Source: a virus (lineage: Duplodnaviria; Caudoviricetes). From it: a stretch of DNA of 50,961 bases. Positions 27,289 to 36,844 of this stretch are shown here, piece by piece. The position numbers and the translations under genes are program-made. Position 1 is the stretch's first letter. Every line of letters starts with the position of its first letter. A model generated the notes under the pieces. The model did not search any database and was not told the DNA's origin. It saw only the letters and a program-made list of their open reading frames with translations. The stretch is from positions 1-50,961 of IMG/VR virus record IMGVR_UViG_3300041809_000337; one strand, 5' to 3'.

Positions 27289-27807
27289 ATGTCTCAAACT
27301 GTAGCGGGACTACAAGTCCCAACAGCTATAGGACGTATAGACGGCCACACCAACTATGCCTCTCAAGCCTTCGTGGTAGCGAGCGGTGTAACTGTTACCA
27401 ATGGAGATTTTGTATATTTCTCCAGTGGTGCGATTACCTCTGCTGCAGCTTACCAAGCAAGACTAATCGGCATGGCAGAAGGTACTGGTACGGGTACGGC
27501 AACGGGAACAGTTACTGTTTCTGTTTGCGTTGACCGTAACATGCGATATCTACTGAAGTCGGTAACTTCGTTGACCATTTCTAATGGCACCAACAGTTAC
27601 ATCGGTCAGTATTTTGATATCACGAACGGTACCGGTACTGGTGTTCAAACGGTTACTGCAGTCGGAACAACTGTCGGTCAATTTGTACTGATAGGTATTC
27701 CTGGTATGACTGGTTTCCCATCATCGGGATTGACCGGTTTGCCAACTGGTAACTATGGCGTGTTTGTATTAGCAAACTCATTCTTAAACCCATACGTGGC
27801 GGGTTAG
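27289..27807 (+). CDS. Capsid decoration/cement protein
   Basis: V..GDFV...G, IG.A motifs; between scaffold and MCP. Confidence 0.7.
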   Translation: MSQTVAGLQVPTAIGRIDGHTNYASQAFVVASGVTVTNGDFVYFSSGAITSAAAYQARLIGMAEGTGTGTATGTVTVSVCVDRNMRYLLKSVTSLTISNGTNSYIGQYFDITNGTGTGVQTVTAVGTTVGQFVLIGIPGMTGFPSSGLTGLPTGNYGVFVLANSFLNPYVAG

Positions 27808-27819
27808 GAAGGATAAATT

Positions 27820-28110
27820 ATGGCATCACAGAGACCTACCTGGCCAGACATCCTCGACCCAGCTTTCCGTAAGATTTACGGTGACGAAATTCGTCAGTTG
27901 CAACAGCAAGTATTCTCTATCTTTAATGTCGACACCTCGGTGAAAAACATTGAAAAGGATTCGAGTGCTACTGGTTTGTCACGCTTGGTTCAAACGAGTG
28001 AGTCTGCGCCTATAACATACGAAGATGAAGTTGAAGGGTACAACGTTATATATACCCACCTAAAGTTTGCTAAGGGTACTTCGGTGTCTCAGGAACTTTG
28101 GGAAGATGAT
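27820..28110 (+). CDS. Major capsid protein exon 1 (Mu gpT-like HK97 fold)
   Basis: E...ITY, YTH.KFAKG..VS.ELWEDD; ends at the predicted 5' splice site. Confidence 0.85.
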
Positions 28111-28739
28111 TTTGTAACACTGGTCATCGATAAACTGAAAATGATAAAGGGAACGCTAAAGCAATTAAAGCAATTTGCCACGCCAACCCTTAGCAAGCAG
28201 GGATTAACAATTTGAATAAGAAGCACTTGAAGCAGCGAGCATATCTGGCTGGCTTCGTTGACGGGGAAGGTTGCATAACCATTGTCCGTTCAGCAGGTCA
28301 AGCGAGATGTAAAATCGGCTACTCAATACGTGTAGATGTCGGCCAAAAGGACGGCAAACTGATGGACTTACTATATGGACTCTACAACGGCCACGTTTGT
28401 CAAGAGTTAAAAGATGGTAAGTTCGCCCATTACCGTTGGACGGTATACGGCAAATCAGCCTACAAAATTTTACACGACATTGAGCCTTTCTTGATTATCA
28501 AGAGAGAACAAGCTCGGCTCGCTATGGAATTCTTTGACCGTTCATTAAAACGGCGAGAGGATTCCGGCAGATATAGTCTGACTCCAGAAGTTATCGAACG
28601 TAATGATAGCGACTGGAGTAAGATTCGAAAGCTTCATAAAATATACAGTCAATCCCATGCAGCTGCAGAGACTAAGTTTTTCAGCGCTCCAAAGAGCGAA
28701 GCGATAGTCCACCCTTAGATGAAAGTCTAGGATAAGGTA
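28111..28739 (+). mobile_element. Group I intron in the major capsid gene
   Basis: IGS ACTGGTCATC pairs with exon GATGAT via terminal U-G; R element GCAGAGACTAA and S element GAAGCGATAGTCC form P7; P8 CGCTC/GAGCG; P9 TAGA-TGAAAG-TCTA. Confidence 0.9.
28212..28718 (+). CDS. Intron-encoded single-motif LAGLIDADG homing endonuclease
   Basis: YLAGFVDGEGCI, V.QKD, PFLIIKREQA. Confidence 0.95.
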   Translation: MNKKHLKQRAYLAGFVDGEGCITIVRSAGQARCKIGYSIRVDVGQKDGKLMDLLYGLYNGHVCQELKDGKFAHYRWTVYGKSAYKILHDIEPFLIIKREQARLAMEFFDRSLKRREDSGRYSLTPEVIERNDSDWSKIRKLHKIYSQSHAAAETKFFSAPKSEAIVHP

Positions 28740-29381
28740 CAGTTTGGCGTGATGAGGAGAAAGCCCCAAAACCTCGCCAATGCTAAGATTCGGACAATTG
28801 AGCAATTCGGTGCTGATATTCTCAACAACGGATTTACCGCCGGTGGTGGCGGTTCAGCGCCTTTTACAGGCCCTGACTCAGTAGCGTTGTTCTATAATGC
28901 CCACCCTCGTGAAGACGGTGGTTCCACACAGAGCAACTACATCACCGCTGACCTGAGTGAAGATTCGATTGAAAACGGACTCGTTACTATGCGAGCTACT
29001 CTCGATGGTAAAGGTCAGCTCATGTTAGTTAACCCCCAGACATTACTAGTTCCGCCAGCCTTGGAAAAGGAAGCTAGAATCCTAATGGATTCCATGCAGC
29101 GGACTGGTACGACTAACAACGATATCAACCCCTATAAGGGTCGGCTCGAAGTTAAAGTTTGGGATTACTTGGGTTCCGTAGCCGGTGGTTCGGATACAGC
29201 TTGGTTCATTTATGATAAGGCTGTTTCAGAACTTAACTGGTTTAACCGCTCAGATTTAGGTCTGCAAGGCCCCGATTGGGATTTCGATACTACTACCGCA
29301 AGGTGGAAAGTCGTTTGCCGTTGGAGTGCCGGTTGGTCAAACTGGCGGGGGTGGTATGGTAGCCTAGGTACTAACGCTTAA
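28740..29381 (+). CDS. Major capsid protein exon 2 (spliced product about 310 aa)
   Basis: GPD.VALF..AHP, P.TLLVPPALE, NDINP, TAWF, GWSNWRG.YGS. Confidence 0.85.
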   Translation, partial: QFGVMRRKPQNLANAKIRTIEQFGADILNNGFTAGGGGSAPFTGPDSVALFYNAHPREDGGSTQSNYITADLSEDSIENGLVTMRATLDGKGQLMLVNPQTLLVPPALEKEARILMDSMQRTGTTNNDINPYKGRLEVKVWDYLGSVAGGSDTAWFIYDKAVSELNWFNRSDLGLQGPDWDFDTTTARWKVVCRWSAGWSNWRGWYGSLGTNA

Positions 29382-29389
29382 ATTAACGT

Positions 29390-29427
29390 CTAGGTAGTGG
29401 GCGGCAATTAAGCCGCCCCATCCCTAG
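29390..29427 (+). terminator. GC hairpin after the MCP gene (attenuator/stabiliser, no U-tract)
   Basis: GGGCGGC-AATTAA-GCCGCCC inside CTAGG...CCTAG. Confidence 0.5.
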
Positions 29428-29444
29428 CGAAAGGATTTTTAATT

Positions 29445-30305
29445 ATGGCAATTGGAGATAAAACATACCCCTGGGCGATGCATACTGCTTGGGGCTTAAG
29501 TGTACCGCAGGTCTTGAAAGATGTAATTGAGACCACTGGTGGTTACACTAATAATAAGAAAATGGTTTCAGCAGGTACGGCAGCGGCAGTTTTAGCTTCA
29601 ACGGCTGGTGCGGCAACAAAACAAACTATTACGGCGGGTATTACCAACCCAGACGTACCAAGAGTTCTAGCCATCACAATTGGTGGTTCTGGATATTCTT
29701 CTGACAGTATTCTTATCAACGGCGTAAACGTTGAAGGTAAACCGATTACCGATACAATAGCTTATACGGCTAATGCCCAGGTAATTGGTTCGTTGGTATT
29801 TAAACGAGTTACTTCTATAGTCATCCCAAGTACATCAGGTACTTCGATGACACTTACGGTGGATACTACGAACCGCATCGGCCTTGACCACCGTCTAGTC
29901 CCTAATTACTCGACTATCGCTTGTCTGTCGGCCACGCTGACAACAGCTTACACCGACCACACCACAACAGCTTTCCATACTAACTTCCCGATTGTGGAAG
30001 CAGCCGTTTCGGCTTCTAACATTGACGGTGAGTTCGTGGAAAAGAACTGGGCGCAGCCAGCCACCGCACCTAACGGAACCACTTACCTGATATTCTTCTA
30101 CTGGTTCTACAAAGTTCTGGTCTATCCGCCAAAGGATTCGCCGGAGTTCTACTCGACGACTACTTCAACAAGTTCATCGACTTCTTCGACGAGTACTTCA
30201 AGTACTTCAACCAGTGCAAGTACGTCTGTCAGTTCAACTTCAGTTTCGACTACAAGTATCTCAACATCAAGTACATCAACTTCGACAACCACGTTGCCGG
30301 TATAA
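29445..30305 (+). CDS. Virion structural protein with C-terminal Ser/Thr tract
   Basis: ITNPDVPR.L.IT, FK.VTSI motifs; ~47-aa S/T tail at 30153-30293. Confidence 0.75.
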   Translation: MAIGDKTYPWAMHTAWGLSVPQVLKDVIETTGGYTNNKKMVSAGTAAAVLASTAGAATKQTITAGITNPDVPRVLAITIGGSGYSSDSILINGVNVEGKPITDTIAYTANAQVIGSLVFKRVTSIVIPSTSGTSMTLTVDTTNRIGLDHRLVPNYSTIACLSATLTTAYTDHTTTAFHTNFPIVEAAVSASNIDGEFVEKNWAQPATAPNGTTYLIFFYWFYKVLVYPPKDSPEFYSTTTSTSSSTSSTSTSSTSTSASTSVSSTSVSTTSISTSSTSTSTTTLPV

Positions 30306-30318
30306 GGAGGGCTAATAT

Positions 30319-30672
30319 ATGGCTATGTTACCAGGCGACTATCAAAGTAGAATAGGAAGTACTAACAGAGGTGCAGCGATTAACTCGGGGTTGGCTGTCA
30401 GCCCCGTCTACTTCGCTGGCGGCGAAACAGGTGCACAAGTTACTGGTGCAGGCAGCATCATTACAACTACTTCAGTCAACGCCACTTCAACCAGCGGAGT
30501 CAGCATGTGGTTTCAGGACACTGCTGGAACTAAACAGTACATCATGCAGGGCGCACTCACAGCCAGAGACTATAAGCAAAACTTTTTCTGTCCTTGGCCA
30601 GTCTACATAACTACCGACGCGAGCGTAACGGTTTACGTAGCACCGCTTGCTAAGGGAGAGACTACGGGCTAA
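30319..30672 (+). CDS. Small virion protein (putative)
   Basis: AAGGAGG RBS; beta-rich. Confidence 0.6.
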   Translation: MAMLPGDYQSRIGSTNRGAAINSGLAVSPVYFAGGETGAQVTGAGSIITTTSVNATSTSGVSMWFQDTAGTKQYIMQGALTARDYKQNFFCPWPVYITTDASVTVYVAPLAKGETTG

Positions 30673-31031
30673 TGGGTACACTCTATCGGGCTAAATCTGA
30701 AAACTTCTGGTCGGCAGCAGCTGTCGGCGCACCTAACCAATGGGTACATATGGATTCCGGTAATACCGGAACTGTAACGATTGTTCCGGCCCAACAGACA
30801 CTCAATACTACGTCTGGAGATATTAAACCGATAATTCTCCAGAGCGTGACTGTTAATGCTGCTGGTTCGTCGGCAGGAACAATCATTTCTGACTCAGCCA
30901 GAGGCGTGATTGCTATCCAGAAAGCGTCTATTCAGGAGAAGGACTACCACTACAACATACCCTTGAGAGGAAATCTGGTGGTAAACAATAGTGGTGGTTC
31001 CGACCTCACGATAGCGTATATTAGAGACTAG
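30672..31031 (+). CDS. Small virion protein (putative)
   Basis: TAATG coupling; beta-rich. Confidence 0.6.
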   Translation: MGTLYRAKSENFWSAAAVGAPNQWVHMDSGNTGTVTIVPAQQTLNTTSGDIKPIILQSVTVNAAGSSAGTIISDSARGVIAIQKASIQEKDYHYNIPLRGNLVVNNSGGSDLTIAYIRD

Positions 31032-31032
31032 T

Positions 31033-31236
31033 ATGGTCTGTGCTAACTGTAAGAAAAAGATTCCAGAGGATTCCTTTAGGATTAACTGTTCGTATTGCAA
31101 GGATTTTTGCGACGAGATTTGTTACATGAAGTTCCATGACAAAAGGCATGGCTGTATCAACCAACCCAAACCAGAAGTAACTCAAGAGAGTAAATTCAAA
31201 AGGTTGGTAAAAAAGTTGACAGTGATGTTTGAATAA
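31033..31236 (+). CDS. Small zinc-finger protein
   Basis: CANC...CSYC..FC...C..FH. Confidence 0.6.
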   Translation: MVCANCKKKIPEDSFRINCSYCKDFCDEICYMKFHDKRHGCINQPKPEVTQESKFKRLVKKLTVMFE

Positions 31237-31252
31237 TGTTACGTTTGTGTTA

Positions 31253-32578
31253 ATGGATAACTCCAAACGTAAGATTTACATATTAACTAATTTCGGCCAA
31301 TATCTTAAAAGTTACTCACCCATAATAGTCGTTTCATCCCAGGTCAATATGTTCAAACGGGCTGGTTATGAACCAGTTCTGATTGCTACTGAGTCTTGGA
31401 ACCCACCGGAAGAATCTATCTTTGCTGGCGTGGAAACCAAACGTATCCCCAACGTAGTGATTGACGGCACGACAGTCGACCAGGCGTTTGAAGATGACGT
31501 CGATATGCTCTATGACCACCTGGATAAGATAATAGAAGACGAATCGGTGGTTTTCACCCATGACTTAATCTTCTTACCAGACTACGTCAAGCACAATGTG
31601 GCTTGTCGCAGGATTGCCGAAGAACGCCCCTCAATCCAGTGGATACACCTTATCCACTCGGCTACCGCTCCAGGCTCTCTTATTAAAGAACGGGCTATGT
31701 TTGGCGAGAAATATGAGGAGTTGCTGAACTCCAAGTTCCCGAACTCCATCATAATGTACCCCAACGCTTATGATATTCCCCGTGTGGCTGCCAATTATTC
31801 TTATGAAGAGAACGAAATTGTAGAAGTTCCCCACGCTACCGATCCGGTTGAGGGGATGAGCCGGATAGTCAAACGGCTATATGACGAATTGAGCCTCGGC
31901 GACCCTGAAGTATTAGTCTTATACCCATTAAGGTTAGACAGGGGGAAGTACGCCGAGGCTGATGTCTACCTTATGGCTGGTTGTAAGTTGAACAACATGA
32001 CCTCACACGTCATCTTTTGTGACTTCCAGAGTACCGGCGGTGACAAAGTGACCTATCGGGAAGACCTGAAACGCCTCGCCAAAGAGCTTGAGGTGGAAGA
32101 TCGGGTGACTTTCCTGTCCGAATTTGATGAAGCTGCCTCTATGGAAGTACCGCATGAGGTAATTTTAGAGCTTTTCACCCTGTCCAACGTCTTTTTACTG
32201 CCCAGCAAGAGTGAAACCTACTCACTGATAGCCCAGGAAGCCATGCTGAGGGGCAATCTGTGCCTGCTCAACCACGATTTCGCCCCATTCAGGCAAATCT
32301 ATGGCAAAAATGCCCTTTATAAGCAGTTCAGCGGTGCAAATATCGCCATAAACGGTGAAGACGGGGAAATTACCACCACCCATTCCAACATTAACGAGTA
32401 TTACCGGACAATGGCCAGTAATATTAAGTACTATTTGGAAAATGAGAAGGTTATCAGGGCCAAAACGTGGGTCAGGACTAAGCGAAACCCAGACCACATC
32501 TTCCACAATTATATAGAACCACTTTTAAACATGGAGCAACCCAGTGCCGACGTTCAGCGTGACGATTCCCGTATATAG
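31253..32578 (+). CDS. Glycosyltransferase, GT4/GT-B fold
   Basis: RLDRGK, FLLPSKSETYSLIAQEAM (EX7E). Confidence 0.9.
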   Translation: MDNSKRKIYILTNFGQYLKSYSPIIVVSSQVNMFKRAGYEPVLIATESWNPPEESIFAGVETKRIPNVVIDGTTVDQAFEDDVDMLYDHLDKIIEDESVVFTHDLIFLPDYVKHNVACRRIAEERPSIQWIHLIHSATAPGSLIKERAMFGEKYEELLNSKFPNSIIMYPNAYDIPRVAANYSYEENEIVEVPHATDPVEGMSRIVKRLYDELSLGDPEVLVLYPLRLDRGKYAEADVYLMAGCKLNNMTSHVIFCDFQSTGGDKVTYREDLKRLAKELEVEDRVTFLSEFDEAASMEVPHEVILELFTLSNVFLLPSKSETYSLIAQEAMLRGNLCLLNHDFAPFRQIYGKNALYKQFSGANIAINGEDGEITTTHSNINEYYRTMASNIKYYLENEKVIRAKTWVRTKRNPDHIFHNYIEPLLNMEQPSADVQRDDSRI

Positions 32579-33416
32579 TGAGCTAGAGCCCATCCAAAGC
32601 GGCGCGTCTGGTAGGCGTCATTTTAGAGGTAAGTCAGTCCAGCGGGCTATCAAGTCAGTAATGAACCAGCAATTCCGTGACTGGGAGCTGATTATAATAG
32701 ATGACGGCTGTGTGGACAACATCACGCCTAAGATTTTGGATTCATTCGCTAAGATGAGCGACAAAATCAAAGTTATCCACAATGAAACTAATATCGGCCG
32801 GTCGGCAGCCAGGAATCTAGGTATGGAACACTCGACTGGCGACTGGTTGTGCTGGCTGGATTCAGATGATGAGTATTCTACAACATATCTCAGGGACTTA
32901 AGCAGGGCTGTAGAGGAGTTTCCAGAATATAAGATATTCAACTTCGGCAGTATTATCTATTGGGGTGATTACCACACGGAAGTCAGGAACGCTTTCAAGC
33001 CTGCCATTGAGGGCAAAGGGCATGAGTGGTTCAGGTCGGGTCATGTCGGAGCAGGTTCGTTTATTTTCAGGCGGGATTTGTGGCTAAGTGATGAAAAGTA
33101 TCGTATCCCTGATGACGGCAGTCCCTATCATTTTGCGGCGGCCAGTAAAATCCCACTCAAACTTGACCCAGTAGAGGACAAATATAAGTGGGATAATACC
33201 GAAAACCCTGCTGGGGCTTTTCAAGACGGCGTACTCAGGCATGGTCTTTCGCTGGGCAACCCTTACGGGGATGACTACTGCCAGTTCTACTACCTGACTC
33301 GTGATAACCTGAGCAAGCCCTTAGATATGTATCTTTATATCCAGTACCCCAGAACCAGCGAGGATGTCTATAAGGACTTCGGCGAAGTCTTCGATACGGG
33401 GGTGATTGATGGTTGA
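32544..33416 (+). CDS. Glycosyltransferase, GT2
   Basis: FSVTIPVY, ELIIIDDG, GRSAARN.G, WLDSDD. Confidence 0.92.
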   Translation: MPTFSVTIPVYSELEPIQSGASGRRHFRGKSVQRAIKSVMNQQFRDWELIIIDDGCVDNITPKILDSFAKMSDKIKVIHNETNIGRSAARNLGMEHSTGDWLCWLDSDDEYSTTYLRDLSRAVEEFPEYKIFNFGSIIYWGDYHTEVRNAFKPAIEGKGHEWFRSGHVGAGSFIFRRDLWLSDEKYRIPDDGSPYHFAAASKIPLKLDPVEDKYKWDNTENPAGAFQDGVLRHGLSLGNPYGDDYCQFYYLTRDNLSKPLDMYLYIQYPRTSEDVYKDFGEVFDTGVIDG

Positions 33417-34203
33417 TATTCACCTGGTCTCTTGGAACCGCCCAAACATAACCAAACTGGTTATTGGTACTATCCATAGGAACAGCTGGACAGATACCTA
33501 TAGGTTGCATGTCTTAGACAACGGTTCAAATAAAGAAACAACCACCATGCTCCAAGAAATGTTTGATAAGAACCTGCTTCACTCCTATATCAACCTGATG
33601 GAGAACAAGGGGCTGGAGTTCGCCAGAGAGTATATGCTGGAGAGAAACACATTCAATGATTACTTCATAGACGCAGACAATGATTGCCTGCCCTGTCAGA
33701 TGACTGTTGACGGTGACTGGATTTCCCGTCTGGTTGACCTGATGGACAAGTACGAAGATTACGCTGCTATCGCCTGCCGTACCCAGGTGATGATTGGGAC
33801 GGGTAATATATTTGAAGATGACTCAAAGGATATTACGGACTTTGCTCACCCAGGCGGTAGTTTAAGAATAATGCGTACTGAAGCAGTCAAACGGGTGGGT
33901 GGCTGGGACAGGGAGATGTCAGGCCGAGGCCAAGAAGAACGCTATATCTGCGGTAAACTTCGAGACGCTGGTTATAAGACTGGCTTCGCCACCCATATCC
34001 CTACGCTGCATTTATTCGGCATTAAAGATGACACCGACCGCTGGGGATATCCTAAAGAGTGGAAACCCGAACAAAGCGGCCACTCGGACATCTGGCACCC
34101 AGCCCTAGACCAAGGTGATACTTTCGTAGATATTGAACCATTTGCAGGTGAAGAATTAACAAGGATGTATTTTAATGTTGACAGTTATAGTCAGAAGAAC
34201 TGA
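33406..34203 (+). CDS. Glycosyltransferase, GT2
   Basis: SWNRP, VLDNGS, DADND, VGGW. Confidence 0.88.
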   Translation: MMVDIHLVSWNRPNITKLVIGTIHRNSWTDTYRLHVLDNGSNKETTTMLQEMFDKNLLHSYINLMENKGLEFAREYMLERNTFNDYFIDADNDCLPCQMTVDGDWISRLVDLMDKYEDYAAIACRTQVMIGTGNIFEDDSKDITDFAHPGGSLRIMRTEAVKRVGGWDREMSGRGQEERYICGKLRDAGYKTGFATHIPTLHLFGIKDDTDRWGYPKEWKPEQSGHSDIWHPALDQGDTFVDIEPFAGEELTRMYFNVDSYSQKN

Positions 34204-34885
34204 AGAACCTAAGGTTATTCAGATGACCCAATCAGATTTAGTTAAACAGCTTGACCCAATACAGGGGTCTGAGATTCTGCTGGAAGACTCGTGGACAGTC
34301 GGACTCAAGAAAGTCCGTACCCCTTACGTCTGTCTGGTGGAGGCTGATTGTACCCTAAGCGGACAGTACTTCTTAAACAACTTCAACCTGCTTAAAAAGA
34401 GCGAGTTTACCAATCCAGCCAGCAAGGGTTCCAGGCGTGGGTTGGCTGAGGGCGGTTATAAGAAACTGGCAATCCTCAGTTCGGCTCTGGGAATTAAGAA
34501 CTTCGCCAACCGGATTTATAACTTTCACCTTGAAGAAACCCAAGACATAGATGTCAACGGAGTTACGGGCAAGAGTTATCATGTCCAGCCCCAGCGTGAG
34601 AAATTAGACATTTACCTCTATGCCGTACAGATAGGTTTCATACCTGGGGCGATTATGCGTATGGCCTCGATTGAAGACGTGATTGACAAACTCCACTGGG
34701 ATGAGAGCGACCTTATAAAATTATCGACTGAAGTTTGCTTCCATTTGTGGGATACTAATAGGCGTGTCGCACTCAATCCAAGTACTACTTACGTCACTAA
34801 CCAAGAGGGCTATGAAACCCCACCCCTGTTCACTACTAAAGTACCGGATAACGCTATCCATATCTTCCAGAGGGAGTATCTGTAA
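34175..34885 (+). CDS. Divergent GT-A-fold glycosyltransferase-like protein
   Basis: GLKKVRTPYVCLVEADC (DxD replaced by EAD); cluster context. Confidence 0.55.
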   Translation: MLTVIVRRTEEPKVIQMTQSDLVKQLDPIQGSEILLEDSWTVGLKKVRTPYVCLVEADCTLSGQYFLNNFNLLKKSEFTNPASKGSRRGLAEGGYKKLAILSSALGIKNFANRIYNFHLEETQDIDVNGVTGKSYHVQPQREKLDIYLYAVQIGFIPGAIMRMASIEDVIDKLHWDESDLIKLSTEVCFHLWDTNRRVALNPSTTYVTNQEGYETPPLFTTKVPDNAIHIFQREYL

Positions 34886-35499
34886 TGGCTGATTTCTGGG
34901 CGAAACTTATGAGCAATGACGAGAATACTGCCGCCCATTACATGGAAACGTATGGCGAGGGTATAGGCTCGGACACCCGTATGATACTCGGTTCGTTCAT
35001 TAATGATAAGGAAACAGTCCTAGATGTGGGTTGCGGGCCAGGCTGGAACTATGCCCACTTTATGAAATACGGTCCGAACGTCAGAAACTATAAGGGTCTG
35101 GATTATTCCCCCATGTTTGTCAAAGTAGCCAAGGAGCGTAACCCAGAAGCCGATTATCAGCTTGGTGACTGCCGTAAGCTGGAAGAGGCAGACAAGTCCT
35201 GGGATGTGGTTATACTCCAGGATGTACTGGAACACACCAATGGGTTTGAGAAACCCGTCCTAGAGGCTCTTAGAGTGGCTAAGAAGCGGATTATCATCAC
35301 CTTCTGGCACTTGAAAGACATGGACGACCCACACATCAATGATGACGGAGATGACGGTTGGGGAGCGTGGTATGATAAACGGGAGTGGGAGAAGTTCTTA
35401 GACACACTGGATTACCACTGGCTAATGACTGAAACCCCACCCACCGCCAACAGGCAACATCTCTTTTACATTTTAGACAAGAAAGAACCCCATGGTTAA
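34885..35499 (+). CDS. Class I SAM-dependent methyltransferase
   Basis: VLDVGCGPG, GLDYS, DVV....VLEH. Confidence 0.92.
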   Translation: MADFWAKLMSNDENTAAHYMETYGEGIGSDTRMILGSFINDKETVLDVGCGPGWNYAHFMKYGPNVRNYKGLDYSPMFVKVAKERNPEADYQLGDCRKLEEADKSWDVVILQDVLEHTNGFEKPVLEALRVAKKRIIITFWHLKDMDDPHINDDGDDGWGAWYDKREWEKFLDTLDYHWLMTETPPTANRQHLFYILDKKEPHG

Positions 35500-36844
35500 A
35501 GACATCATTGTGGGCTATGGTCAGATCGGCCAGGCTGTTCACGAGGTCATCTGTCCCGATGCCCATACCTACGACATTAACCAGAAGAACCGTAAGGCTG
35601 CTCCGGTAGGCGTGATGCATATCTGTTTCCCCTACTCCGAAGATTTTGTCGAGCAAGTGAAAGGCTACATCACACGCTACGAACCGCAACATGTTGCTAT
35701 CTGGTCAACCGTGCCGATTGGCACGACTGATAAATTCCCTCAAGCTGTCCACACCCCCGTTGAGGGCGTCCACCCAAACCTAGCTAAGAGCATTAAACTA
35801 ACGACCCGCTGGATTGGTTACAACCGTAAGATGTCAGGTGCGTTCTTTGAGCATTACTTCAAGGAACGCCATCTCCAAGTACGGCTCGTACCCAATACCA
35901 GATACACCGAAGCCCTTAAACTCTTAAGCACTACTGAATATGGGCTGAATATAGTCTTTGCGGATTACAAAGCTGAGGTGGCTAAAGCGATAGGCATGGA
36001 CTACCAACTCACCAAAGACTGGAATAAGGACTACAACCAGCTTTACAAAGAACTCGGCTTAAAGCAGTTCCAGAAGTTCATACTCGACCCACCCAAAGGG
36101 AAGATTGGCGGCCATTGTCTAATCGAGAATGCAGTACTTCTAGATGAAGTTTATCCTTCTACGTTGCTTAAGAAATTATTATCTCTTAATAAAGACCTAT
36201 CGACTATTAAAGAAGTAAAGCCTTATCTTAATCGTACATGGCTTTATGCGGAATATTGGGGGAAAGAGAAAAGCTCTGAGGATATAGGTAAAGAATGGGG
36301 ATGTACAGGCGCTAATATTTTGCGAGTGATGAAGCAGTTTAATATAAAGCGCCGGACTCAGAAGTGGAGTGCAAGCGAGATTGAAGCATTAGTTAAACTT
36401 TCTGTAACAAATACTTTTAAAGAGATATCAGAAGAAGTTGGAAAAACGCATGACGCTGTTCGCTTGATGGCAATTAAGCTTGGCCTGAAGAGTATATATA
36501 ATCCTGGAGAGAGAGATGAAGTCACTAGGCAAAAAATAAGTGCTTCTCTTCAAGGGATATCTTTAGAAGAATGGGACGGTTTTAAGGAAACAGTTAATCA
36601 ATTAATCAGAAAATCTGAAGCTTACCAGGATTGGCGCAAGTCAGTCTTTGAACGAGATAGCTACACTTGTCAACATTGTGGAGCTAGTAGCGGTAGCGGA
36701 AAGGCTGTCGTTTTACATGCTGACCATATAAAACGATTTGCTGAGTATCCTGAGTTAAGGTTTGACATTAATAATGGTAGAACCCTGTGCGTAAATTGTC
36801 ATCGTAAGACAGATACCTGGGGTGGAAGGAAGGTAAAGAAATGA
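35492..36844 (+). CDS. UDP-glucose/GDP-mannose dehydrogenase-like domain fused to HTH repeats and an HNH endonuclease
   Basis: VGYGQIG, STVP.GT, TE..KL, IGGHCL; C-terminal WR..VFERD.YTCQHC, HADHIK, NGRTLC..CH. Confidence 0.85.
   Translation: MVKDIIVGYGQIGQAVHEVICPDAHTYDINQKNRKAAPVGVMHICFPYSEDFVEQVKGYITRYEPQHVAIWSTVPIGTTDKFPQAVHTPVEGVHPNLAKSIKLTTRWIGYNRKMSGAFFEHYFKERHLQVRLVPNTRYTEALKLLSTTEYGLNIVFADYKAEVAKAIGMDYQLTKDWNKDYNQLYKELGLKQFQKFILDPPKGKIGGHCLIENAVLLDEVYPSTLLKKLLSLNKDLSTIKEVKPYLNRTWLYAEYWGKEKSSEDIGKEWGCTGANILRVMKQFNIKRRTQKWSASEIEALVKLSVTNTFKEISEEVGKTHDAVRLMAIKLGLKSIYNPGERDEVTRQKISASLQGISLEEWDGFKETVNQLIRKSEAYQDWRKSVFERDSYTCQHCGASSGSGKAVVLHADHIKRFAEYPELRFDINNGRTLCVNCHRKTDTWGGRKVKK

Noticed and set aside
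27820-28215. 131-aa and 210-aa ORFs as two separate capsid genes
   Set aside because: They are exons of one MCP split by a group I intron
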